Assembly: GCA_963740315.1 (NCBI GenBank)
Contig: CAVUDP010000002.1
Location: forward strand, 1,760,001-1,824,000
Direction of reading: 5' to 3'
Source of the DNA: an uncultured cyanobacterium
Lineage (GTDB): Bacteria > Cyanobacteriota > Cyanobacteriia > Cyanobacteriales > Nostocaceae
Length of the DNA stretch: 64,000 nucleotides
Made by a program: the position numbers and the translations under genes. Under the pieces are notes generated by a model. It was not told the origin of the DNA and did no database searches. It was given only the letters and a program-made list of their open reading frames with translations. This document shows, piece after piece, positions 20,837-30,130 of this stretch; within the stretch, counting starts at the first letter, position 1, and every line of letters starts with the position of its first letter.

Positions 20837-21051
20837 CCCCAAAGGTTACTGAGCAGTTCGACGTAGCTCACTGTAAGACTTGTCGAAGTACTCCCCCTCT
20901 CCCCATCTCCCCAAAGGTTACTGAGCAGTTCGACGTAGCTCACTGTAAGACTTGTCGAAGTACTCCCCCTCTCCCCATCTCCCCAAAGGTTACTGAGCAG
21001 TTCGACGTAGCTCACTGTAAGACTTGTCGAAGTACTCCCCCTCTCCCCATC
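20837..21051. repeat. Three tandem 72-bp units, each containing a nested SDR-like element
   Basis: AAAGGTTACTGAGCAGTTCGACGTAGCTCACTGTAAGACTTGTCGAAGTA at 20841, 20913 and 20985; another copy near 27383 and a short form at 24595. Confidence 0.9.
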
Positions 21052-21054
21052 CCT

Positions 21055-21501
21055 TCATCCCCCCATCAATATTTCCTGGGAATTTAACCATCGCAAAACA
21101 CGTTTTTCAAGCTGTTTGGTTTTGAAATCTAACCATTCGTAATTTTCTTCTCGTTGCAAAATATCTTGAAAGCGTTGAAATGCTTTATAACTATCGATTG
21201 TAATTTCTAATTTATCGCGAAGCCATCCACTTGGAATTGTAGTGAGAAATAATTGCATATCATAATAATCTTCACAATGCTTGTTAGATGGTAATCTAAG
21301 GAATCTATGTTTGTCGGGGAATTCTTCTATAGGATAACCATCTAAATACAGGAAATTACCATCAATATCCATTGGATTGCAGTCGCCGGTTTGAAGTAGA
21401 ATTTTTCCTGTTGTGGTGTCTAAGTAATAAATACACTGATGTTCTTTTGGGTTTTTGGTAAAAGCTTCTTTTAAATCATCAATTTCTATAGGTAAATGCA
21501 T
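21055..21501 (-). CDS. UPF0158 family protein
   Basis: YYLDTTTGKI, YYDMQLF, AFQRFQDIL and W...RWL pattern. Confidence 0.75.
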   Translation of the reverse strand: MHLPIEIDDLKEAFTKNPKEHQCIYYLDTTTGKILLQTGDCNPMDIDGNFLYLDGYPIEEFPDKHRFLRLPSNKHCEDYYDMQLFLTTIPSGWLRDKLEITIDSYKAFQRFQDILQREENYEWLDFKTKQLEKRVLRWLNSQEILMGG

Positions 21502-21641
21502 GGTAGATTAATTGCGATCGCACTTAATTATCAGATAATATTTGTCGGCATTCCGACATAATTTGCAAGAATTTAACCCGATTCCTCAATTCTCAGAAAT
21601 TATTTAGAAGTGCTATATACTTTTTAACAATTTTTTATTGA

Positions 21642-22112
21642 TTATGCAGTCAGATATTTTTCCATTGTGTAATTTATAAAGCTTTCTCCTCTACGCTCTA
21701 CTTGTTGTTGCTTCATAATTGAAAAACCCATACGTAGAAAAAACGGTTTAGCAGTAATACTCGCTTCAGTATATAAACGATGTATCTTTAATTCGTAAGC
21801 TTTTGCTTCAATGGCATGGTAAATTTTCTTGCCTACACCCATGCGCTGATAGTTTTTGTGACAGTAGAAACAATCTATATGTCCGTCAGATTCTAATTCA
21901 CCGAAACCTGCAATTGTACCGCTATCATCGGCTACGTAAGTAAATTCCGAACAAACACTTACCCAATTTCTAAAATAAATATCGTCTGGTGCCCAGGCTT
22001 TCACTTGGTTTAATGAATAATCGTTAATATTAACTTCACGTATTGTTTGATGAAACAATCTGGCAACTTGCTCGGCATCTTGTTTGTCAAATAATCTTAT
22101 TTCTATCGGCAT
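21642..22112 (-). CDS. GNAT family N-acetyltransferase (YafP-like)
   Basis: GHIDCFYCHKNYQRMGVG and EASITAKPFF motifs. Confidence 0.92.
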   Translation of the reverse strand: MPIEIRLFDKQDAEQVARLFHQTIREVNINDYSLNQVKAWAPDDIYFRNWVSVCSEFTYVADDSGTIAGFGELESDGHIDCFYCHKNYQRMGVGKKIYHAIEAKAYELKIHRLYTEASITAKPFFLRMGFSIMKQQQVERRGESFINYTMEKYLTA

Positions 22113-22376
22113 AGGGCATCGGCAATAATAACAGAACCTATATTTTATTATTTAGCTATTTTAATAAAGCTAGTTTTATTAGCTAAATAATATAATAGAA
22201 ATTAAATAATTTTAATTTTTGATTATTAAACTCACTAGAAAATAGTAATAACACAATAGTAAAAATAGAACAGATTGAAACAATTATAAGCTTATATATC
22301 CAATTTCCTAATATAAAAAAATCCCACACAACCGTATTATCGAGTGAGACTTCTATATAAAAAACATGAAAAAATA

Positions 22377-22652
22377 TTAGTTACTTACAGCGTGCCATCT
22401 TAGATATTGAATTTCTGCCCAAGCTTGATTTTGATGAAACATTTGAGCAATTTTTGACCATGTTGTATGCGAAACTTTGGCGAGATTATATTTTTGCAAG
22501 TCACCAAACTGGCAAAACATTTTATATGCCCAAGTTGGCTCGTATCCCATAAATCTTGCGATCGCTATCCAGTCTGCTAAAGAAAATAACGAGATATCAA
22601 TTGAGGATTTATTCTTTAGATCGTTGGAGCTTATAGTCTTGGTTAATAACAT
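22377..22652 (-). CDS. Small hypothetical protein with two W-x2-IA...WA repeats
   Basis: 91-aa ORF with AGGA RBS; internal repeat DWIAIARFMGYEPTWAY / TWSKIAQMFHQNQAWAE. Confidence 0.55.
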   Translation of the reverse strand: MLLTKTISSNDLKNKSSIDISLFSLADWIAIARFMGYEPTWAYKMFCQFGDLQKYNLAKVSHTTWSKIAQMFHQNQAWAEIQYLRWHAVSN

Positions 22653-23117
22653 GGAATTCCTATTAAAAGATTATTGTCAGAAAACAACCAAAACTATACA
22701 GAAGCTGGATTACTTGGTTGTGAGAATTAAAATCCACTTCGGTTTTCACATATTTATTTTGAAATGTCAAGCAATTGTAAATGCAATTTTTGAAGAATAT
22801 TATTTTTGGATACAATTTAAATTCAAATTTTAATGATGCCGCGTTTTTTTCACCTACAGACAACAAATTTGGAAGCTATAAAAAGGAATGGGAGCTATAT
22901 TCAAGCTATTTGAACGTATTTACTCTAAAAAACAGTTTTGAATATATATGAATAAACGCTATAGTAACTGTTCTAATTAAAAAGTCTCAAAAAATCTCAA
23001 CAATTTGCTCTCGCTGCCATTTGGTTAAAACTCAAAATCTTGGATGTGTTTGATTTCTCAATATTTTGGGAACAATCAACATGATATTGCAGCCAAGAGA
23101 ATGGTTAATCAAAGAAG

Positions 23118-24335
23118 ATGAGAGCATTATTATTTAAACAAAAGAAAATTCATTTCCGGATAAGTCTTGTATTTTGCAGCCTTTTATGCGTATTATTAGT
23201 TCTAATTCCAGTATTCTCGGTTCGGGGTCAAGGAAGCTCGAAGCAGACGATTAACCAACTTAAGCAGCAACGAAAACAAATTCAGCAAGAACATCAAACC
23301 ACAGTAAAAGAAAAAAAGCGTTTAAATAATTTGCAGCAAGAAGCTCAAAAACGTCTTGGTGGTTTAGAAGAAAACCTGCAAACTACTGATAGCCAAATTG
23401 AAGATAGCGAAAAACGTTTACTCCTAGCAACTCAACGACTCCAGCAGTTACAAGCTTCTTTAGCACAAGCACAAGTATCTTACGCTCAACGGCAAGCATC
23501 AACCGTCGCCAGACTCAGATATTTGCAACGTTCCCCAGTCAATCAAGGATGGGCTGTTTTATTACAAAGCCGTAATTTAAATGACTTTCTCAGTCGCCGT
23601 CGCAATTTAAAGTTGGTTTATCAAGCCGATCGCCAAGTTTTAGAAAAGTTAACTGAAGAAGCCAGTCGGATAAAACAGCAAAAAACCGATATCGAAAGCA
23701 AAAAGAACGAAATTGCCTTGATTCGACAGCAGTTGCTAGCACAAAAAGCCGATTATCAAGGACAAGCGCAATTACAAGCCGAATTAATACAGCGATTAAA
23801 TAGCGATCGCCTTGCCTTAGATGCAGCAAGAATGCAGTTAGAAAAAGATTCGCTATCTGTAGCAAGCTTAATTCAAAGGAAAGTAGCAGAAGAAGAAGCC
23901 AGAATTGCAGCAGCAAAAGCCCGCAGCCAACGGAGAAACTTCGTGCGCGGTAGCGGTATCATGGCATCTCCCAGCGACGGCTACATCAGCAGCCCTTACG
24001 GTTGGCGATCGCACCCAATTCTCGGTAGAGGACGATTGCATGCAGGTATAGATTTTGCCGCAGGTTACGGTAGTACAATACGTGCCGCAGATTCCGGAAC
24101 CGTTATCTATTCAGGTTGGTACGGCGGTTACGGAAAAACCATAATCATCAACCACGGCAAAGGAATAACCACACTTTACGCACACGCCAGCAAATTATAC
24201 GTACAAGAAGGAGAAAGCGTTAAACGAGGACAAGCCATATCCGCAATAGGTTCCACAGGCTTCTCAACAGGTCCCCACTTACACTTTGAAGTCCGTAAAA
24301 ACGGTACCCCCGTAAATCCCGCAAATTATCTTTAA
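23118..24335 (+). CDS. M23 peptidase / murein hydrolase activator EnvC-like protein
   Basis: Signal anchor, long coiled coil, HAGIDF..HLHFEV M23 motifs. Confidence 0.92.
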   Translation: MRALLFKQKKIHFRISLVFCSLLCVLLVLIPVFSVRGQGSSKQTINQLKQQRKQIQQEHQTTVKEKKRLNNLQQEAQKRLGGLEENLQTTDSQIEDSEKRLLLATQRLQQLQASLAQAQVSYAQRQASTVARLRYLQRSPVNQGWAVLLQSRNLNDFLSRRRNLKLVYQADRQVLEKLTEEASRIKQQKTDIESKKNEIALIRQQLLAQKADYQGQAQLQAELIQRLNSDRLALDAARMQLEKDSLSVASLIQRKVAEEEARIAAAKARSQRRNFVRGSGIMASPSDGYISSPYGWRSHPILGRGRLHAGIDFAAGYGSTIRAADSGTVIYSGWYGGYGKTIIINHGKGITTLYAHASKLYVQEGESVKRGQAISAIGSTGFSTGPHLHFEVRKNGTPVNPANYL

Positions 24336-24655
24336 CAGTTAGCAGTTAGCAGTTAGCAGTTAGCAGTTAGCAGTTAGCAGTTAGCAGTTATGAGTTAGGA
24401 GTTAGAAGTTAGGAGTTAGAAGTTAGGAGTTAGAAGTTAGGAGTTAGAAGTTAGGAGTTAGAAGTTAGCAGTTATGAGTTATGAGTTAGGAGTTAGGAAT
24501 TAGGAATTAGGAATTAGGAATTAGGAATTAGGAATTAGGAATTAGGAGTAGCGATCGCCGGAAAGCTCGCTATTTAACTACCCCCCCTCTCCCCAAAGGT
24601 TACTGAGCTTGTCGAAGTACTCCCCATCTCCCCATCTCCCCATCTCCCCCTCTCC
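24336..24655. repeat. STRR arrays (CAGTTAG, GAGTTAG/AAGTTAG, GAATTAG, CCCCATC) with embedded SDR/REP remnants
   Basis: Directly visible heptamer arrays; short element GGTTACTGAGCTTGTCGAAGTA near 24598. Confidence 0.9.
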
Positions 24656-25291
24656 TCAACTGCTCGCCGTCAACTGCTGAAGCGGAATATCGAACTTCAT
24701 TTTCGGACGACGACTAAAGCCTTCGTCGCTTCCTATTTGATTGTTGGTAATTAGAGTTAGGTTATTCGCTTTTGAAGTAACTCCACCTTGGAAAACCAGT
24801 TCTCCTTTGAAAGTTTGACCTGACTCAATTTCAAGATAGGGATTATTTTCAGGTAATCTCAAGTTGTATTTATTCCCTAAATCATCTACAAGCACAACTC
24901 CTTTACCGTGCAAATTAAGGTGAATATTATACAGAGAACCATTAGTCACAGCTATTTCTACAATCGTATTTTCTTTAGTAAAAGAAATATTAGTCAGTCT
25001 TCCTACCGTACCATTGGGGTGATCTGCTTTAATATTTAAAGTTTTCTCCGCCTCGATTGCACTATCATTATTACTAATTAAAGATTCAATATCGGATGAA
25101 TTATTTACAGCATCAACATTAATTTTTTCAGTGATTATTCGCTGCACTTGTTTGTTATTGAACAAAAGCAAGACGCTAACGCACGCTATCAGCAAAACCG
25201 CAGATATTATTCCTAGTAGAAAACCACCGTTGTTATTATCTAGATTGGAAGTATTCTTAACTGGTTTATCTTTGAAATTATTTTTATTCAT
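24656..25291 (-). CDS. Hypothetical single-pass membrane protein with beta-rich periplasmic domain
   Basis: N-terminal transmembrane helix; LVDDLGNKY..GELVF pattern of Ig-like (DUF4352-like) domains. Confidence 0.7.
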   Translation of the reverse strand: MNKNNFKDKPVKNTSNLDNNNGGFLLGIISAVLLIACVSVLLLFNNKQVQRIITEKINVDAVNNSSDIESLISNNDSAIEAEKTLNIKADHPNGTVGRLTNISFTKENTIVEIAVTNGSLYNIHLNLHGKGVVLVDDLGNKYNLRLPENNPYLEIESGQTFKGELVFQGGVTSKANNLTLITNNQIGSDEGFSRRPKMKFDIPLQQLTASS

Positions 25292-25503
25292 AAGATATTG
25301 CTTTTAATGCTGCATAACTATAAATTAGCCCTATTCAGTATTTATATCAGTTTTTGAGGTAACTATTTTGCATTTTTATAAAATTTACTGAGATAAATCA
25401 TTACTGCGTGGCTGAATCTGTGTTTACGGGTATCTAAAAATAGCTAACATACTTAAGTAGCCAGAAAAGGAAATAAAAGGTATACTGTTTAATAATATTG
25501 TGA

Positions 25504-25576
25504 GGGCGCGTAGCTCAGTGGATAGAGCGGCAGATTCCGGTTCTGTAGGTCGGGGGTTCAAATCCCTCCGCGCTCA
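25504..25576 (+). tRNA. trnR-CCG: tRNA-Arg (CCG)
   Basis: Acceptor stem GGGCGCG/CGCGCTC, D-arm GCTC..GAGC, anticodon loop TTCCGGT, GGTTCAAATCC T-arm; no encoded CCA. Confidence 0.95.
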
Positions 25577-25591
25577 TTTTTATAGTTTAAG

Positions 25592-25615
25592 AAGACTTCG
25601 CAATTGCGAAGTCTT
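25592..25615. terminator. Perfect palindrome between the convergent tRNA and amidase genes
   Basis: AAGACTTCGCAATTGCGAAGTCTT. Confidence 0.7.
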
Positions 25616-25654
25616 TAAATATTATCCAGCGATTAAGAAATATACCTAAAACTA

Positions 25655-26413
25655 CTAATCAGCAATAAAATCGCTGTGTCCAGTATAAATATACTGAATG
25701 TCACGCGAACCGATTTTATTTTCTAACTCCACCGCATAGTGAGATTCTTCATTTGCAATCAACGTTGCTTTGTAGTCTCTTGGCTGTATTACTTCTAATT
25801 CACTTGGATCTAAATTTGAAGATTGCTCCGAAGAAGGTTTAAGGTAAGTAGTATAAAGAACCTTTAAAACACCCGATATAGTTGTTACTTCTTCCTTACC
25901 AACTAAACCATCAACGATCGCAGTTGCCATTTTTTCAGCATCGAACAATTTCATGTCTTTATCCGAACTGACAAAGCAGCATTCAATTAAAATTGCTGGC
26001 ATTGAAGTAAGTTCTAAGACTCTAAATCTAGCTTGTTTTACGCCTCGATTTAAAAATCCCAAAGACGTAATATTACTTAGTACTGACTCTGCTAAAGGTT
26101 TAGCAGCACTACGAACGTTATATATGTACACTTCACTACCATTAGCTGTTGGACTGCTAAAAGAATTAAAGTGAATAGAAACAAAGTAATCGGTACCGAG
26201 TTGATTAGCTTTTCTGGCTCTTTGCATCAAAGAATCATCGGTACTATAAGCTGATTTAGGTGTAACAGAAACAGCTTTATGTCCTCTTCGATCGAGCTTA
26301 CTAATAACTAATTCTCCTACCAACTTAGTCAAAGCATCTTCATTGTACTGATTAGTGCGAGCGCCGGTATCGTAGGGAGGGCAATTGTGACCAATATCAA
26401 TAGCAAAGAACAT
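25655..26413 (-). CDS. N-acetylmuramoyl-L-alanine amidase (Amidase_3)
   Basis: IDIGH..E, FVSIHFNS and PAILIECCF zinc-binding motifs. Confidence 0.93.
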   Translation of the reverse strand: MFFAIDIGHNCPPYDTGARTNQYNEDALTKLVGELVISKLDRRGHKAVSVTPKSAYSTDDSLMQRARKANQLGTDYFVSIHFNSFSSPTANGSEVYIYNVRSAAKPLAESVLSNITSLGFLNRGVKQARFRVLELTSMPAILIECCFVSSDKDMKLFDAEKMATAIVDGLVGKEEVTTISGVLKVLYTTYLKPSSEQSSNLDPSELEVIQPRDYKATLIANEESHYAVELENKIGSRDIQYIYTGHSDFIAD

Positions 26414-26598
26414 TTGTGATCCTATTAGTTACTACAATTCGAGGCACTTTTCAATAATTCAAATATTTATTAATTAAGTAAAAACTCAATTAATTTGTTT
26501 GGCGATCGAACATATACATTTTGCGGAAATGCACCTAAGTTAAATTATTGACGTTCGGAAAAAAGCGCCGAACTAAGTGGGTATGCCTTCATTATTTG

Positions 26599-26716
26599 TG
26601 TCATTGTTCACTGCGTGAAGCAATCCCAAACCCTTGCGATGAACCGCACCCTACGGGTGAATGCTTCGTTTCGCCCTCGCCGCACGCTCCGCGTGAACGC
26701 TGCACTCGCAATGACA
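26599..26716. mobile_element. REP/MITE-like element (TGTCATTG...CAATGACA) carrying nested ~21-nt insertions
   Basis: Terminal inverted repeats; the internal GAAGCAATC/GATTGCTTC arm is interrupted by a 21-nt insert at 26641-26661. Confidence 0.65.
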
Positions 26717-26898
26717 ATATACAATTAATTTTGCATGAGTACCTATCTAATTAATATTGTAAAAATTATCTCTAAGTAATTTAATAAAAAATGTAGCTTT
26801 GGGTAAAATCCTTTAATATTTTCTACAAAAAAAAATAGGAATTTATTTAACATTGTATTATTTCAAATATCTTATTTATATATCAAGTATTTATATTT

Positions 26899-27065
26899 AG
26901 GACTTACGCAACTGGCACATTTTTCTTGTAGGGGAGGCAAAAGGGGGTGTAGATTTTCTTCCCCCCTTATTGCCGTTGTGTGACGCACCATCGTTAATTT
27001 GAACGTAGCAATAAGGTTTGTAGCGTCACGCACCATCAACCATTTGTGACAATATTGTAAGTCCT
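26899..27065. mobile_element. MITE-like element with AGGACTTAC / GTAAGTCCT terminal inverted repeats
   Basis: 9-bp TIRs enclosing ~150 non-coding bp with repeated internal ACGCACCATC motifs. Confidence 0.6.
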
Positions 27066-27111
27066 GATATTATGGGTAAAATATTTATAGTGTCCGCAAC
27101 TTGCTCTTTAT

Positions 27112-27283
27112 TTATCTGAATTTAACGGGCAAGATGATCTGAATTTAACAAGCAATATTATCTGAATTTAACAAGCAATATTATCTGAATTTAACGGACA
27201 ATATTATTTGAATTGAACGGGCAAGATGATCTAAATTGAACGGGCAATATTATCTAAATTTAGCGGGCAAGATGCCCGCACTC
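27112..27283. repeat. Seven degenerate 23-bp tandem repeats ending in the REP hairpin GCGGGCAAGATGCCCGCAC
   Basis: Unit approximately TTATCTGAATTTAACGGGCAAGA. Confidence 0.85.
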
Positions 27284-27354
27284 CCATATAAACTAAAAAA
27301 AACCTTCTTAGTTGTATCTTGGGTATTTCAGTTATTGAAAAAATATCTGTTTAC

Positions 27355-27504
27355 CCCCATCTCCCCATCACCCGATCACCCCAAAGGTTACTGAGCAGTT
27401 CGACGTAGCTCACTGTAAGACTTGTCGAAGTACTCCCCATCTCCCCATCTCCCCATCTCCCCATCACCCGATCACCCCATCACCCCATCTCCCCATCACT
27501 CCAT
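27355..27504. repeat. CCCCATC/CCCGATCA arrays with one copy of the nested SDR element
   Basis: Same 50-bp element as at 20841. Confidence 0.85.
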
Positions 27505-28476
27505 CTATTTCACATTCGCGTGCAGGATTATTAAATGAAACTCCTGCCTAGTTTCAAGTTTGAGATATCGTTGTTGTAAAGATTGCCATTGCTGCCATAA
27601 ATCGTAACGATTTTTCTTCAGCAAATTTGCCAAAGTAGGAAGCTGGTTACTAATTTTTGATTCAAGCATATCTTGCAACCATTCATCTAAAACTACGCTA
27701 TCTTGCATGGAACCCAAAACTTCTTGGATGTTTTTAACTTGTTCGAGATAACTTCCGTATCCTTCACCATAGAAATCGGTAAACAATTCCATCTGATAGC
27801 GCAGTCTTTTGGCTTGCTTTCGCAAATCGTGCAGATTTTCTCCTTTTGTTAAAATTTGCTTCTCTATTTTTTTCGCATCAAAGTCAGTAGAAACAACTTT
27901 ATTTTCTTCTACTTGAGTTCCAACTAACCAACCTGGATGCAGTAAAAAGCGACTCACTTCAGGTAAAAGTAAATCTGGTAGCGCTTGTTGAATTGTCAAA
28001 TTTGCTAATGGTTGATAACTTGGTTCTTCCAACCACTCTTTTAATCCTGTTTTCAAAGATTTGTAACGTTCGCTTTTAAATAATTCTTTTACATCGGCTG
28101 CTGCATCTGCCCGTTGTTTATCTAAAGTCTCAATAACGTCATCTAAAATTGCTCTTTCTTTTTTAGGTAATTGAGGTTTATATGTAGCCTCTAAAGTTTC
28201 TTTTAACACATCCAAATCTCTTAGCGAACCAAGACAGCGGGCTATTTTTCCGATGTTTTTATCGTTCGCCGATTTGGGAAAATTGACAATAGAATCAAAT
28301 CTGGTTACGGTAGTACGCAAACGCCGCATACCAACCCGCATTTGATGTAAGGCTTCCGCATCTTTATCGTTTTTAACAGCTTTTTCCCACTTCCAGGTTT
28401 TGTTAAAGTGTTTTTCGATCGCACCGTGAGTGTAGTTGCTTAGAGTTTTTACTTCCCGTTTTGTAGCTAATGTCAT
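27505..28476 (-). CDS. CHAD domain protein (polyphosphate-binding family)
   Basis: EALHQMRVGMRRLR, LRDLDV, LHDLRKQAKRLRY and LGSMQD motifs. Confidence 0.93.
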   Translation of the reverse strand: MTLATKREVKTLSNYTHGAIEKHFNKTWKWEKAVKNDKDAEALHQMRVGMRRLRTTVTRFDSIVNFPKSANDKNIGKIARCLGSLRDLDVLKETLEATYKPQLPKKERAILDDVIETLDKQRADAAADVKELFKSERYKSLKTGLKEWLEEPSYQPLANLTIQQALPDLLLPEVSRFLLHPGWLVGTQVEENKVVSTDFDAKKIEKQILTKGENLHDLRKQAKRLRYQMELFTDFYGEGYGSYLEQVKNIQEVLGSMQDSVVLDEWLQDMLESKISNQLPTLANLLKKNRYDLWQQWQSLQQRYLKLETRQEFHLIILHANVK

Positions 28477-28719
28477 AGCACCCCGAATTATTAAGAGTAA
28501 TGTTTTACTTCTAGTAGATTATCGATCCTATCATCGGTTTTAAGTTTATATATCGGCTTTGATATTTTTTTGTCTAATTTCAGTCTTAAGAAAGATTTTC
28601 TCGCAAATTGTTTTGATGTAAATCTAATTTTTATCTATTTTTATACACTATTTATAATTAAAATTTAAGTATGATTAAAAAATATAAATCGTATCAAATT
28701 TTATTAATATTAAAAAAAA

Positions 28720-29124
28720 TCACAAATTTGTAGAAATCGCATTCACCGGACAAGTCGGAATACATTGCTCGCAAACGATACAGCGAGAACGAGTAAAAGT
28801 TAATTTAAAGCTTTGGGGATTAAGAGTAAGTGCTTGTGTTGGACAAACCCCAGTACATAATCCACAGTGAACGCAAGCTTCTTCATCAATGATAATTTCT
28901 CCCAAACTAAGCGAAACAGTGATACTTTGCTCGCGCATCCACTGTATAGCGGCATCTAACTGATCGATATCTCCAGATAATTCCACCACAAGCTTACCAA
29001 TTTGATTGGGAGCAACAGCAGCGCGGATAATATTTGCAGCAACATTAAAATCTTTTGCCAATCGGTAGGTCACTGGCATTTGAACTGTACGCTTAGGGAA
29101 AGTGATTGTAACTCGTTTTTTCAT
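28720..29124 (-). CDS. NIL domain plus 2x[4Fe-4S] ferredoxin
   Basis: N-terminal NIL domain; CVHCGLCTGVCP and CIVCEQCIPTCP. Confidence 0.92.
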   Translation of the reverse strand: MKKRVTITFPKRTVQMPVTYRLAKDFNVAANIIRAAVAPNQIGKLVVELSGDIDQLDAAIQWMREQSITVSLSLGEIIIDEEACVHCGLCTGVCPTQALTLNPQSFKLTFTRSRCIVCEQCIPTCPVNAISTNL

Positions 29125-29382
29125 TGGGAATTAGGAATTGGGGATTGGGATACGCCCGCACGCTCCGCGTGAATGGGGATTGGGAATTGGCAAAGAGTTA
29201 GGAGTGAGGAGTTAAGAGTTATGAATTTATTGCTCGCAGTTATTCATACCCCATTACCCATTACCTATTACCCATGCCCCATGCCCAAACCATGTTTTAT
29301 TTTTGAAACAGGGCTAATAAATGGAATTAGAGAGTTAAACTGGTGGATGAAATGATTTGTTAAGATTTTATAAACCTTTGTT

Positions 29383-29973
29383 ATGAGTACGGATTCGTCC
29401 TTAAACTCCCAGGAAAAGCCAGAATCCACCTTTGGGGTACGCCTCCGAAATTTTTTAATTGTTACGGTAGCGGTTTTTTTATCGGTTGCCTTATTTTTAG
29501 GACTCAGAGGTGAGACTAATTCAGTTTCCTTAACTGAGCTAGATGAAAATTCCACACCGTTGGAAGTTGCTTTGAATAATGGAAAACCATCTTTGATAGA
29601 ATTTTACGCTAATTGGTGTACTGTCTGCCAGAAGATGGCACCCGACATTGCCACACTGGAAGAGGAATATGCAGGTAAAGTGAATTTTGTGATGTTAAAT
29701 GTCGATAACAGTAAGTGGCTACCGGAAATGCTGCAATATCGAGTTGATGGGATTCCGCATTTTGTGTTTTTAGATAAAAATGCGAGTGCCAAAGCAGAAA
29801 CCATAGGCGACCAACCTCGTACAATAATGGGAAGTAACCTAGAAGCCTTGATTGCAGGTTCGGCTTTACCTTATGCTCAAGCTAACGGTAGAGTTTCGCA
29901 ATTTTCTACAACCCCAGTACCAACTGGTAGTAATGAAGACCCACGCAGTCACGGCACTCAGGTGGTGAATTAA
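29383..29973 (+). CDS. txlA: Thylakoid thioredoxin-like protein TxlA/HCF164
   Basis: Transmembrane anchor, EFYANWCTVC, VDNSKW, VDGIPHF and C-terminal DPRSHG. Confidence 0.85.
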   Translation: MSTDSSLNSQEKPESTFGVRLRNFLIVTVAVFLSVALFLGLRGETNSVSLTELDENSTPLEVALNNGKPSLIEFYANWCTVCQKMAPDIATLEEEYAGKVNFVMLNVDNSKWLPEMLQYRVDGIPHFVFLDKNASAKAETIGDQPRTIMGSNLEALIAGSALPYAQANGRVSQFSTTPVPTGSNEDPRSHGTQVVN

Positions 29974-30130
29974 GATGCTTGTGACGGCTTTTAGACTGGC
30001 ACGTATTTTTACAAGCATATCTTGCTTACGTGGGTTTAAGATAGGTGAGGTTGTATTAGCTACAACATCGCTTGTAGTATTTCATTCAAAACACAATTAA
30101 CCTCAACTACTCTTCCCATAGCTGGGAAAT

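Noticed and set aside
20837..21051. CRISPR array or 114-aa ORF (20671-21015) in the 72-bp repeats
   Set aside because: The units are identical, with STRR linkers; the ORF is simply translated repeat.
26548..26754. 68-aa Cys-rich ORF, and similarly the ORFs at 51079-51276 and 13930-14211
   Set aside because: They lie largely over nested repeat elements and show no protein-family motifs.
25504..27300. Prophage or genomic island integrated at tRNA-Arg with the amidase as an endolysin
   Set aside because: I saw no integrase, no phage genes and no duplicated tRNA 3' end in the window.
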